A stretch of 64,000 nt of DNA from Dehalococcoidia bacterium. Its GTDB lineage: Bacteria; Chloroflexota; Dehalococcoidia; Lucifugimonadales; Australimonadaceae. Where the stretch lies: contig OZ252105.1 of NCBI GenBank assembly GCA_965248455.1, positions 2,682,722 through 2,746,721 on the forward strand, in the 5' to 3' direction. Both the position numbers and the translations under genes were made by a program. Below the pieces are notes generated by a model. It was not told the DNA's origin, did no database searches, and was given only the letters and a program-made list of their open reading frames with translations. Numbering within the stretch: the stretch's first letter is position 1; each line of letters starts with the position of its first letter. Below are positions 43,234-52,907 of the stretch, piece by piece.

Positions 43234-43425
43234 TTATCGAAGGCCAGCTTGTTTCTGGATACCGTTCCACATCTCGGGGGACAGGTCTTTACTAAACTTG
43301 CCTGCTATTGTAACTGTCCCTGGCTTTTCAGGATGACGATACTGTCGGTGGCTCCCACGTGTCCGTACATGTTGCCATCCATCCTGCTCGACCATGCGGA
43401 TTGCGTCTCTGACCTTGGGCGGCAT
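43234..43425 (-). CDS. hicA: type II toxin-antitoxin system HicA-family mRNA interferase toxin
   Basis: 63 aa; GWQHVRTRGSHRQYRHP motif; 11 nt upstream of hicB. Confidence 0.85.
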   Translation of the reverse strand: MPPKVRDAIRMVEQDGWQHVRTRGSHRQYRHPEKPGTVTIAGKFSKDLSPEMWNGIQKQAGLR

Positions 43426-43537
43426 ACCGCCTCCTCGCTGCCTGACGTGCGTTATGGCCTATCGGAGCACGCTAGTTGTAGTGGCAGCCTTGTCGCAAGG
43501 CCCGAATGTCACAACAGGAACTGCTTAGCACTCCTCC

Positions 43538-44419
43538 TTAACCCCCCAGGTACGCCTCACGAGTGGCTTTGTAGCCTGCGCTTGCTAGGGCGGCTGCCAT
43601 CATCTTCGGGGTTGGTTCGCGGTCGGCGAGGTCGGCGGAGGCGCCGCCGTTGGCCTGATGCTCCAGCGATTCGTAGATGGCGCGGACGGTGTGCGTGAAC
43701 GTTCCGTGGCCGCGCAGCACTACCTTCACGCCGTGTCTCGCGAGGACGTCCGTGGTCAGGGCTTCAGGCGTTGAGCCGAGCATGAAGGGCAGGGCGGTCA
43801 CGCGGCGCATCGCCTCGAGTTGCGCCTCCTCCCGTACGCCCATGAGGAAGATGCCGTCCACGCCGGTCTCCTGGTACGCGGCGACGCGCTCCAGAGCGTC
43901 ATCGAAACTCGTGGCGTTGATGGCGTGCGTCCGCCCGAGGATCATCGTCGCGGGGTCCTGCCGCGCCTCGACTGCCGCGTGGAGCTTGCCGACCATCTCT
44001 ATCAAGGGAATCAGCTCCTCCTTGCCGCCGGAGCCGAAGCGGCTGGGCAGGTGGGTGTCCTCGATGGTCAACCCTGACGCGCCCGCGTCCTCCAGTTCGC
44101 GCACCGTGCGCATGACGTTCAGCACGTTGCCGTAGCCGTTATCCGCGTCGACGAGCTGGCTGATGTCGGAGGCTCTGGTGATGCGGTGCACTTGATCGGC
44201 CAGCTCCGTGAGCGTCATGACGGCGATGTCAGGCGCGCCGAGGATTGCCGCGCTTGCGATCGACCCTCCGAGCATTCCGACCTCGAAGCCCAGCGCGTAT
44301 GCGATGCGCGACGACACCGGATCGAAGACGGACGCAGGGCGGAAGCAGCCCTCGCGCTCAAAGTACCCACGCAGCCGTCGCCGTCGTTCGGTCGGATGCA
44401 TCGTATGCTCCTGTGACAT
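43538..44419 (-). CDS. isocitrate lyase/PEP mutase superfamily enzyme (oxaloacetate decarboxylase/methylisocitrate lyase-like)
   Basis: 293 aa; VDADNGYG and GLTIED motifs. It lacks the EDKxxxxxNS string of true PEP mutases. Confidence 0.75.
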   Translation of the reverse strand: MSQEHTMHPTERRRRLRGYFEREGCFRPASVFDPVSSRIAYALGFEVGMLGGSIASAAILGAPDIAVMTLTELADQVHRITRASDISQLVDADNGYGNVLNVMRTVRELEDAGASGLTIEDTHLPSRFGSGGKEELIPLIEMVGKLHAAVEARQDPATMILGRTHAINATSFDDALERVAAYQETGVDGIFLMGVREEAQLEAMRRVTALPFMLGSTPEALTTDVLARHGVKVVLRGHGTFTHTVRAIYESLEHQANGGASADLADREPTPKMMAAALASAGYKATREAYLGG

Positions 44420-44513
44420 CGGCCCATTGCGCGATTATCGGCGAGGCCGGTAGTTTCGTTGGGTTGATGATACCCGACCTTGCTGCATGCTATCCTCTAA
44501 GGAATGAGTTCGA

Positions 44514-45515
44514 ATGAGTGACACGTCCTACGCAATCCAGGCAACACAGATTCAGCGTTATTTTGGTGAGGTCAAGGCCGTTAGGGGCATAGACCTCGCC
44601 GTGAGCCCCGGCGAGATATACGGGTTCCTTGGGCCGAACGGCGCAGGGAAGACGACGACGCTCCGCATTCTGACCACGCTACTGCTACCGACGAGCGGCT
44701 CGGCTACTGTTGCCGGTTTCGACGTCGTTGCTGATGCTCTCCAGGTTCGGCTGAGCATCGGCACTGCGCTGCAGGACGTTGGCCTCGACCCGAAGCAGAC
44801 GGGCCTGGAGCTGCTGCGGCTGCAGGGGTCGCTCTACGGGCTGTCGCGCAAGCAGACCGAGCAGAGAATCGCCGAACTGGAGGCGCTCATCGACATCGGC
44901 GATGCGCTGAAACGTTTCATCGGCACCTACTCCGGCGGGATGAAGCGCCGTCTCGATCTCGCTGCGTCGCTCATCCACAACCCACAGGTGCTGTTCCTGG
45001 ACGAACCGACCACCGGCCTCGACCCCATCAGCCGCGCCAAGGTTTGGGATTATGTCAGGGCGATCAATCGGGAACGGGGCGTCACCATCTTCCTGACAAC
45101 GCAGTACCTGGAAGAGGCTGACGAGCTGGCGGAGCGTGTCGGCATCGTCAATCACGGACTGCTCACGGCTGAGGGGACGCCCGCGGAGCTGAAGCGTTCC
45201 GTTGGTTCCGACGTCATCATTGCGAACGTCGTCGAGACGGAACAGGCGAAAGAGGCCCTGGGCAGGCTCAAGTCCGTCCAGCACGTCGACGCCTACGAGA
45301 ACGAGATCTCCGTGTCGACGACGAACGGGGCGGCGCTCATCAGCGACGTTGCGCTGGCGCTCAATCAGGCAGCCGTACACGTGAACTCGCTGACGTTGCG
45401 AACGCCAACGCTAGACGACGTGTTCCTCCAAGTGACGGGCGCGCGCATGGAGGCGGAGGCGGAGACGCCATCACGGGAAACAGCGGCGCACGCGCACGAG
45501 GAGGCCGCATCTTGA
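44514..45515 (+). CDS. ABC transporter ATP-binding protein (DrrA/ABC-2 type)
   Basis: Walker A GPNGAGKTT, signature YSGGMKRRL, Walker B LFLDEPTTGLD. Confidence 0.9.
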   Translation: MSDTSYAIQATQIQRYFGEVKAVRGIDLAVSPGEIYGFLGPNGAGKTTTLRILTTLLLPTSGSATVAGFDVVADALQVRLSIGTALQDVGLDPKQTGLELLRLQGSLYGLSRKQTEQRIAELEALIDIGDALKRFIGTYSGGMKRRLDLAASLIHNPQVLFLDEPTTGLDPISRAKVWDYVRAINRERGVTIFLTTQYLEEADELAERVGIVNHGLLTAEGTPAELKRSVGSDVIIANVVETEQAKEALGRLKSVQHVDAYENEISVSTTNGAALISDVALALNQAAVHVNSLTLRTPTLDDVFLQVTGARMEAEAETPSRETAAHAHEEAAS

Positions 45516-46339
45516 ACGCCGTTACACAATCCGGGAACGCCGTTGCGCAATCCGGCGCTCGCATCACTGCGAGGCGGGCAGGCTTCCTGTGGGACGTTCT
45601 GCACTTGGGCGGCCGCTCGTTGCGGTCGATTCCCCGCGACATCGAGACGATGATTCCCGCGCTGATCATTCCAGTGTTCTTCTTCGTGATCAACGTGGGA
45701 GCGCTGCAGGACGTAACGGAGAACCTCCCCGGGGGCTTTGATTACAAGGCGTTCCAGATTCCGGTGGCGACGCTGTTCGCGGTTACGGGCCTCAGCAGGG
45801 CGAACATCCTGGTGCTGGACATACAGGGGGGCTATTTCGATCGCCTTGCGCTCACGCCGGTCAACCGCCTGGCGATGCTGATGGGGTTCATGGTTGCCGA
45901 CGTGGTTCTCGCCGTAGCGATGACGATCCCCGTGCTCATCCTTGCGTTCATCGTTGGAGTCGAGTTCGCGAGCGGTCCCGTGGGCATCGTCGTGTACCTG
46001 CTGATCGGCGCCGTCTGGGCGTTGGTCTACAACGGTTTTCCTTACGCGATAGCCCTCAAAACGGGCAACCCGGCAGCAGTCAACACCAGCTTCATGATCT
46101 TCTTCCCCGTCGTGTTCCTGACGCCGCTCTTCGTGCCGCTGGAGCTCATGACGGGCTGGCTGGAGACGGTTGCGTCCTACAACCCGGTTACGTACCTGCT
46201 GCAGGGCATGCGGTCGCTGGTCAGCGAGGGCTGGGTTCTGGAGGACATCATCGCCTCGCTGATAGGCATCGGCGCGATAGGCCTCATCTCGGTGCCGCTC
46301 GCGTCGTGGGCGTTGCTGGGCCGCGTCAGACGCAGGTAG
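45512..46339 (+). CDS. ABC-2 type transporter permease
   Basis: 275 aa, six hydrophobic segments; 4-nt overlap with the ATPase gene. Confidence 0.85.
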   Translation: MNAVTQSGNAVAQSGARITARRAGFLWDVLHLGGRSLRSIPRDIETMIPALIIPVFFFVINVGALQDVTENLPGGFDYKAFQIPVATLFAVTGLSRANILVLDIQGGYFDRLALTPVNRLAMLMGFMVADVVLAVAMTIPVLILAFIVGVEFASGPVGIVVYLLIGAVWALVYNGFPYAIALKTGNPAAVNTSFMIFFPVVFLTPLFVPLELMTGWLETVASYNPVTYLLQGMRSLVSEGWVLEDIIASLIGIGAIGLISVPLASWALLGRVRRR

Positions 46340-46372
46340 ACCTCCAAGCCCCGCGAATCGCTCTGCGCGTGT

Positions 46373-47677
46373 ATGGTGGAGCGGATGTCGGATCGTCCCA
46401 CGCATACGCGGCGTTTGCCCCGGTTCTGGCCGTCCCGTGCCTACTACGGCTGGGCTATCGTGTTCACCAGCTTCTTCATCTCGGTCGCGCAGGTGCCGAT
46501 GTACGGCCCCGTATTCTCCATCTTCCTCAAACCGATCGAGGAGTCCCTCGGTTGGTCACGCTCTACGATTACCATCGGGTTCACGATCGGCTCCCTCGGC
46601 GGCGCGCTGCTCGCTGCTGCGGTAGGCCCCATCGTGGATCGCTACGGGGCGAGAATCGTCGTGGCCGTAACGGGGCTCATCGTAACGGCGGGGCTCCTGG
46701 GAGTCGCGGCGATAAGCGAGCCGTGGCATCTCTGGCTCGCCTATGGCGCGGCGCGTACTGCCTCGGTCGCAGGGGTTGGCCTGGGGACGACGGTGGCGAT
46801 AGCGAATTGGTTCATCCGCATGCGGGGGCGCGCCATCGCGATACGCGCGGCTGGGCAGCGGGCGGGTCAGTCCGTGGTGCCGTTGCTCATTCTGCCGGTG
46901 CTGCTGCTCATCGGCTGGCGGGAGTCGTTCGTCGTTCTCGCGGTCGTTGCGTTGCTGTTCGTCACGGCGCCAGCGCTGCTGCTCATCAGGCGCAGGCCGG
47001 AGGATTATGGCCTATTGCCGGATGGAGACACCGCGACGGAGAATACCCCCGGCGTCGCTGAGCGTTCCACCGAACATTCGTGGCTGCTGCGGGAAGTACG
47101 GGCGACACGAACGCTGTGGATGATTGCGCTGGGCATGTCCGCGGGCCTCTCGGCGCAGATCGCTATCAACGTTCATGCCGTTGCGAACTTTCAGGACAAG
47201 GGCATATCAGAAGGACTGGCAATCACCATAGCGAGCATATTCACCGGCGTTGCCGCCGTTTCGATGGCAGGGTGGGGGATGCTGCTGGAGCGCGTCCACG
47301 TGCGTTATGTCAGCATAGCGGCCATGGGCTTGTTCATCGTCTCCATGGTTGTACTCATTGTGGCTGACACCTACCCGATGGCGGTGCTATTCGCGGTGCT
47401 GTTCGGGCTTGGCACGGGCGGGTGGACGGTCTCGCAGATGATCATGATTCCCAACTACTTTGGCCGTCTTCACGCCGGTTCTATCAAAGGGTTCATTTCC
47501 CCTGTGGAGGGCGTGATTGGGATCAGCGGGCCGTTGATTGCGGCGATGATCTTCGATGCGACGCAGAGCTACCGGATTGCCTTCATCGGCGCGGCAGCGG
47601 CGTTCGCCGTCAGCATGGCCGCGTTCTATCTCGCGAAACCTCTGCGCAGGCCGACGGCGGTGGGGGTGTCTGCGTAA
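46373..47677 (+). CDS. MFS transporter (tandem paralogue 1)
   Basis: 434 aa; YYGWAIVFTSFFISVAQVPMYGPVFSIF, GPIVDRYGAR. Confidence 0.85.
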   Translation: MVERMSDRPTHTRRLPRFWPSRAYYGWAIVFTSFFISVAQVPMYGPVFSIFLKPIEESLGWSRSTITIGFTIGSLGGALLAAAVGPIVDRYGARIVVAVTGLIVTAGLLGVAAISEPWHLWLAYGAARTASVAGVGLGTTVAIANWFIRMRGRAIAIRAAGQRAGQSVVPLLILPVLLLIGWRESFVVLAVVALLFVTAPALLLIRRRPEDYGLLPDGDTATENTPGVAERSTEHSWLLREVRATRTLWMIALGMSAGLSAQIAINVHAVANFQDKGISEGLAITIASIFTGVAAVSMAGWGMLLERVHVRYVSIAAMGLFIVSMVVLIVADTYPMAVLFAVLFGLGTGGWTVSQMIMIPNYFGRLHAGSIKGFISPVEGVIGISGPLIAAMIFDATQSYRIAFIGAAAAFAVSMAAFYLAKPLRRPTAVGVSA

Positions 47678-48978
47678 TGGAGACTCCCAGGACTCGGTCC
47701 ATACCTGCGCTATGGCCGTTCAAGCGCATCTTCTATGGCTGGGGCATCGTCGGCGTATCGGTGCTCGTGTCGTTCGCGCAGGTGCCGATGTACGGGCCCG
47801 TCCTGTCGGTGTTCGTCAACCCCATCCATCAAGATATGGGGTGGTCTCATTTCGAGATATCGGCGGCCTTCACTGCGGGGAGCCTGTTCGGTTCGCTGCT
47901 ATCGTCGATCGTGGGAGGTCAACTCGACCGCTACGGCGCGCGGGCGGCGGTCGTGGTGGCCGGCATGATCGTCACGGGCGCCCTGGTGGGGCTGGCGGTT
48001 ATGCAGGAAGTGTGGCAGTTCTGGGGGCTGTTCGGCGTGGGGCGCACCGCTGCGCTGGTGGGTATCAACCTTGGCACATCGGTTGCGGTGGGCAACTGGT
48101 TTGTGCGGAAGCGCGGGCGCGCCGTCTCGTTCCTGGGCATCGGCTTACGGTCGGGTCAGGCGCTGATGCCGCTGGTGCTGATCACGCCGATCATCGTTGC
48201 GTACTCATGGCGGCATGCGTACATGGCGTTGGCAGTGGTCACGTTCGTGCTCATCGTTGTGCCCGCCTGGCTCTTCATCAGGCGTCGCCCGGAAGACTTC
48301 GGCCTGTTGCCTGACGGAGACGCTCCAGACGTGGCCACGACCGCGACAGGGGACAGCAGAACAGTCGTCCAGGACGTGGAAGAGTCGTTTACGCTTCAGG
48401 AAGCGCGCAAGACGATGGCATTCTGGCTGATCACCATCGCCGTGATGATGGTCGTGTTCGCGCAGACCTCTGTGAACCTACACGCGGTCGCAAGCGTGAT
48501 CGACCGTGGGGTGAGCGAGTCGCTCTCGGGCGCTTTTGTGTTCATCATCATGGGCACCGCTGCGCTCTCGGCCTATGGCTGGGGCGCGCTCATGGACCGA
48601 GTACACGTGCGATGGGTAACCGCTGTCGCGACCATCTTCTCCGGGGCTGCGATGGTGGTCATCATCTTTGCCGACAACCTCCCCCTCGCTGTGACGTTCG
48701 CGGTGCTGTTCGGGCTTGGCACCGGCGGATGGACGCTTGCGCAGACGCTGCTGTTCGCCAACTACTTCGGGCGGCGTCATCTCGGCGCGATACGCGGACT
48801 CTCGCAGGTGCTATCCGGTCCGCTTGGCGCGGCGGGTCCTTTCCTTGCTGGCGGTATCCGCACCTATACAGGCAGCTACGAGCTGTCGTTCATCATCTTC
48901 TTTGTGGCGTTGGTCGTCGTTTTCCTCGCGTTGGTGTTGGCGAGGCCTCCGCGCCGCAGGCAGCCCAGCACCGGCTAG
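47677..48978 (+). CDS. MFS transporter (tandem paralogue 2)
   Basis: ORF 47422..48978; start METPRTRS at ATG 47677 (TAATG overlap). FYGWGIVGVSVLVSFAQVPMYGPVLSVF, GGQLDRYGAR; colinear with paralogue 1. Confidence 0.85.
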   Translation: METPRTRSIPALWPFKRIFYGWGIVGVSVLVSFAQVPMYGPVLSVFVNPIHQDMGWSHFEISAAFTAGSLFGSLLSSIVGGQLDRYGARAAVVVAGMIVTGALVGLAVMQEVWQFWGLFGVGRTAALVGINLGTSVAVGNWFVRKRGRAVSFLGIGLRSGQALMPLVLITPIIVAYSWRHAYMALAVVTFVLIVVPAWLFIRRRPEDFGLLPDGDAPDVATTATGDSRTVVQDVEESFTLQEARKTMAFWLITIAVMMVVFAQTSVNLHAVASVIDRGVSESLSGAFVFIIMGTAALSAYGWGALMDRVHVRWVTAVATIFSGAAMVVIIFADNLPLAVTFAVLFGLGTGGWTLAQTLLFANYFGRRHLGAIRGLSQVLSGPLGAAGPFLAGGIRTYTGSYELSFIIFFVALVVVFLALVLARPPRRRQPSTG

Positions 48979-50225
48979 ACGAATCCTCGCAGCCTGGCGG
49001 CAGTGGCAACACGCTCGACGCCTATCTCGAATGCGGCCTGCCTGAAGGTCTGCCCCGTCTCCCTGGCCTTCGCCGTGACTGCCTCGTATGCACTCACGAT
49101 TCGCCGCTTCAGTTCCTCGTTCACGCGTGCTTCAGGCCAACTGAACTGCTGGAGGTTCTGCGTCCACTCGAAATAGGAGACGGTAACGCCTCCGCCGTTG
49201 ACGAGGATGTCCGGCAGAAGGGGGATGCCTCGCTCGCTCAGGATGCGATCCGCCTCCGGCGTTACCGGATGGTTGGCGGCTTCGAGCACCAGCTTGGTCG
49301 AAATCGACGGGGCGTTCTCCTCCGTGATCACGTTCTCGATGGCGGCAGGGACGAGGATGTCGGACTCGATGGAGAAGATGTCGTCGCGACTCAGGCTCTC
49401 TCCGCCGGTGAAGCCTTTGACCGTCCGGTGCAGGCGGACATGTTCGACGAGTGCGGGGATGTCGAGGCCCTGAGAGGCATAGATCGCGCCTGTGTGGTCG
49501 GCGACGGCGACGATCTGCATGCCTTCCTGGTGCGCGATGCGGCAGAACCACGACCCGACGTTGCCGAATCCCTGGACGACGACTCGCGCGCTGCGTGCGT
49601 CGATGCCGAGGTCGCGCATGGCTTCCTGGAGGACGTAGACGGCGCCGCGCCCCGTCGCGGCTTCGCGCCCCGCCGACCCTCCGACCTCCACCGGCTTGCC
49701 AGTGACGATGGCAGGGTTGTATCCGTGGATCTGGCCGTACTCGTCCATTATCCACGCCATCGTTTGAGCGTTCGTTCCCATATCAGGCGCGGGGATGTCG
49801 CGGTATGTGCCCAGCAGGTGGTGGATGTTTCGGGTGTAGCGGCGCGTAACGCGGTTCAGCTCGTTCTCGCTCAGGTCGTGGGGGTCCAGTTCTATCCCAC
49901 CCTTCGCTCCTCCGAAGGGGATGTCGAGGAGGGCAGTCTTCCACGTCATGAGCGAGGCGAGCGCCCGCACCTCGTCCTCGTCGGCATGGGGGTGGTAGCG
50001 CAAGCCGCCCTTGTAGGGGCCGCGCACCGCGTTATGCTGGACGCGGTAACCGATGAAAACCTCGATACGGCCATCGTCCATGCGCACGGGGAGCGAGACG
50101 CGCAACTCGCGCCACGGCTCGCAGAACATGAGGCGAACCCCCGGCGCAAGGCCGAGCCTGTCGGCGGCGATGTCGAACGATTGCTTGACGTCTTCCTGTG
50201 CGCTCCTCTGCTTGGCGGCAGCCAT
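48975..50225 (-). CDS. Glu/Leu/Phe/Val dehydrogenase family (glutamate dehydrogenase)
   Basis: 416 aa; catalytic-Lys box IPFGGAKGGI, Rossmann VVQGFGNVGS. Confidence 0.9.
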   Translation of the reverse strand: MAAAKQRSAQEDVKQSFDIAADRLGLAPGVRLMFCEPWRELRVSLPVRMDDGRIEVFIGYRVQHNAVRGPYKGGLRYHPHADEDEVRALASLMTWKTALLDIPFGGAKGGIELDPHDLSENELNRVTRRYTRNIHHLLGTYRDIPAPDMGTNAQTMAWIMDEYGQIHGYNPAIVTGKPVEVGGSAGREAATGRGAVYVLQEAMRDLGIDARSARVVVQGFGNVGSWFCRIAHQEGMQIVAVADHTGAIYASQGLDIPALVEHVRLHRTVKGFTGGESLSRDDIFSIESDILVPAAIENVITEENAPSISTKLVLEAANHPVTPEADRILSERGIPLLPDILVNGGGVTVSYFEWTQNLQQFSWPEARVNEELKRRIVSAYEAVTAKARETGQTFRQAAFEIGVERVATAARLRGFV

Positions 50226-50344
50226 GGAACCTCCTCGTGTCCGACTAGTTCAATGATAGCAGCGCGATGCCGGATGGCATCCCTCTCTGCTGTTCCGATG
50301 CCGTCCCGGCCTGCTATCCTCGCGGGCGTCGTGATGGGCCTTTC

Positions 50345-51571
50345 ATGAGTGAGTCGAGCAGGCGGTTGCCCTCCGCGCTTGCGCACGCCCCGATCTTCTT
50401 CTCCTTTTTTACGTGGGGCTTCGGGACGGGCGCTCAGAACCTGGGGCGTCCACTGTTTGCGTTCGCCGTTACCGGCAACGTGTTTCTCGTGGGCGTACTT
50501 CTTGCCTCCAACGCGATCCCTCGCGCGCTGACCGGCCCGATGACCGGGTTCCTCGCGGATCGGCTGGGGCGTAAGCCGATGGTGCTCATGGGCCCGACGA
50601 TCCGCGGGTTGTCGAATATCGGCCAGTTCTTTGCCGATGATTACGTTACATTCTTCGTCTACGAGATTATCGGTCAGGTCGGCGTGGCGATGTGGGCGAC
50701 GAGCTCCAACGTTCTGCTGTCCGACGTCACGAACGTTGCGAGCAGGGGCCGCGTGCTTGCCCTGCGCCAGATGGCGACGCGCCTTGGATTCGTCGCAGGG
50801 CCTGCCGTCGGGGGGGTGTCCGCCGCGCTGTTCGGGCTGGAGTCGGTTTTCCTGATCAACGGCATCAGCAAGGTCGTCATCGTGGTTGTCGTTCTGGCGA
50901 TGGTCAAAGAGACGCGCCCGGAGGAGGCCAGAAGGGTTGCGCCCGGTACGCGCCGTCCTCCTTTCTCCTTCGCGCCGTTCAAGGATCGGGGGTTCCTCGT
51001 GGTTGCGATATGCACCGCGGTGTTCGCGATGAGCAATGCCGGCCTCATGCAGACGTTGGTTCCCGTCCACGCGGTTGGCGCGTTCGAGTTGGACACCGCG
51101 TCGACCGGCTTCCTCATCAGCCTGGCGTCAGGTATCACGTTCCTGCTGGCATTCCCCAACGGCCTCCTCGCCGACCGGTTCGGGCGCAAGTGGTCGCTCG
51201 GGCCGGGTCTCATGCTGATGGCCGCCGCGTCGCTTGCGCTGATCGTCGGAAGCTCCTACGGGATGTTGCTGGGGGCGGTCGCGCTCATCGGCGCGGGTGA
51301 GGCGATGGCGATGGGTACGACACAGACGTACGCGATGGATCTTGCGCCCCCGGATCGGCGGGGCATGTTCCTCGGACTCGCAACGCTTTCGCAGTCGGTG
51401 GGGGCGACGGCGGGGCCGGTGCTGCTGGCAGGCCTCTACTACTACCTGTTCCCCAATTCCGCTTTCATCACGATGGCGGTATTGCTGCTGCTGGCGTCGG
51501 TGCTGCTCATCGTGATGGGCCGCGAGACAGGCGGGCGGAAGCGGTTGAGCGCGCAGCCGCCGGACGCGTAG
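50345..51571 (+). CDS. MFS transporter
   Basis: ORF 50267..51571; start at MSESSRR (ATG 50345); GFLADRLGRKP motif. Confidence 0.85.
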   Translation: MSESSRRLPSALAHAPIFFSFFTWGFGTGAQNLGRPLFAFAVTGNVFLVGVLLASNAIPRALTGPMTGFLADRLGRKPMVLMGPTIRGLSNIGQFFADDYVTFFVYEIIGQVGVAMWATSSNVLLSDVTNVASRGRVLALRQMATRLGFVAGPAVGGVSAALFGLESVFLINGISKVVIVVVVLAMVKETRPEEARRVAPGTRRPPFSFAPFKDRGFLVVAICTAVFAMSNAGLMQTLVPVHAVGAFELDTASTGFLISLASGITFLLAFPNGLLADRFGRKWSLGPGLMLMAAASLALIVGSSYGMLLGAVALIGAGEAMAMGTTQTYAMDLAPPDRRGMFLGLATLSQSVGATAGPVLLAGLYYYLFPNSAFITMAVLLLLASVLLIVMGRETGGRKRLSAQPPDA

Positions 51572-51579
51572 GAATCGGC

Positions 51580-52839
51580 TTGCAGCCGCGCCGATTGCCG
51601 ATTGACCAGGCCGCCGGTGCGGCGCATCATCGAACGAGTGATCCTGGTCAGCACGCTTTTGCCGCTACGTTGACATACACACCTACCTATCGCTTCGTAG
51701 ACGATCAGGCCGCGCTCAATGCGGCCATCGCAATGCTGGCCGCGTCCGCCAAAGTCGCTGTCGATACTGAGGCGGACAGCCGCCACCGCTACCCGGAGAA
51801 GGTGTGCCTCGTCCAGCTGTCGGACGGCGTCAACACTTGCCTCGTGGACACACTGGCCTCGCTCGACTACGGGACGATGGGCGATCTGTTCGCCGACGGC
51901 AACGTGCAGAAGGTGCTGCACGGCGCGGACTTCGATATACGCGGTCTGCACCGCGACTTCGGTTTCACGTTCTCCAACTGCTACGACACGTCCATCGCAG
52001 CGCGTTTCGCCGGCCTCGGACGTCTTGGCCTCGCTCCGCTGCTAGAGGATATCCTCGATATCCATATCCCCAAGGATCAGCGCCTGCGGCGGGCCGACTG
52101 GTCGCGGCGTCCTCTGGAACGAGAGGCGCTGGACTACGCGGCAGGGGACGTGACGCACCTGGTGGCGCTGCGGGATGCGCTGGACGAACGGCTGCAGGGT
52201 CTTGGCCGCGATTCCTGGGTAGCCGAGGAATGCGCCAGGCTCGAGGAGATCCGCTACTCCCCGCCGAATCCCGAGTTCGCCTACCTTTCGGTGAAGGGGA
52301 CGCAGGGACTCGATGGACGGGCGCTGGCGGTGCTCAAGTCGCTCTTCGAACTGCGGGAGACGGAATCGCTGCGGCTGAACCGTCCTCCCGGCTATCTGAT
52401 CCCCGCCTCGGCGATGACGTTCCTGTCGGCGAACCCGGAGGCTGAACTGGCGGCAGCGCCGGGCCTGGGGGAGTCGACGATACGGCGCTATGGACATGCC
52501 ATCCGGCGAGCCGTCCACGCAGGGGTTGCGGCGACGCCGTTGCGGCGGCGTCACGATACGCCTCCACCGCTGCCTCGTCCGACGCATGCCCAGGCGGCAC
52601 GTTTTACCCGGCTGAAGACATGGCGCGCCAACCTCGGCGCTGAGTTGGCCGTCGATCCGTCGGTGCTGTGGTCGATGCGCAGCCTCGAACGTCTTGCCCG
52701 CGACCCGGGTGGGTGGGAGAGCGAGGTAAGCTCGCCGGAGGTGCGAACGTGGCAACGCGAACGCTTCAGCGCTGGCCTGTCCGCGTTGCTTTCTGAGATG
52801 ACGAATCAGTCGGGTGAGCGTACGGAGAGGAGTACGTAG
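51580..52839 (+). CDS. rnd: ribonuclease D (DEDDy 3'-5' exonuclease + HRDC)
   Basis: VAVDTEADS, LVQLS, KVLHGADFDIRGL, YAAGDVTHL; C-terminal HRDC-like region. Start uncertain (TTG 51580 or in-frame TTG 51670). Confidence 0.8.
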   Translation: MQPRRLPIDQAAGAAHHRTSDPGQHAFAATLTYTPTYRFVDDQAALNAAIAMLAASAKVAVDTEADSRHRYPEKVCLVQLSDGVNTCLVDTLASLDYGTMGDLFADGNVQKVLHGADFDIRGLHRDFGFTFSNCYDTSIAARFAGLGRLGLAPLLEDILDIHIPKDQRLRRADWSRRPLEREALDYAAGDVTHLVALRDALDERLQGLGRDSWVAEECARLEEIRYSPPNPEFAYLSVKGTQGLDGRALAVLKSLFELRETESLRLNRPPGYLIPASAMTFLSANPEAELAAAPGLGESTIRRYGHAIRRAVHAGVAATPLRRRHDTPPPLPRPTHAQAARFTRLKTWRANLGAELAVDPSVLWSMRSLERLARDPGGWESEVSSPEVRTWQRERFSAGLSALLSEMTNQSGERTERST

Positions 52840-52907
52840 ACTCCCCGACGGCGGCTGTCGGCTGTTATCCTTGGGGGCGACCCCCTATCCTCTCTCCTGG
52901 AGTCGCG

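Noticed and set aside
38134-44419. Phosphonate biosynthesis locus (PEP mutase + phosphonopyruvate decarboxylase)
   Set aside because: The ICL/PEPM-family gene (43538..44419) lacks the EDKxxxxxNS motif of true PEP mutases. It is on the opposite strand, 4 kb away and separated by the scarred mosaic. The decarboxylase sits in an amidase/amidohydrolase operon instead.
48612-50348. 578-aa plus-strand ORF
   Set aside because: It is antisense to the glutamate dehydrogenase gene (GGAKGG, GFGNVG motifs on the minus strand) and has no recognisable domains. The same reasoning applies to 45365..46405(-), 27452..28786(-), 62874..63986(-), 24909..25580(-) and 55652..56167(-).
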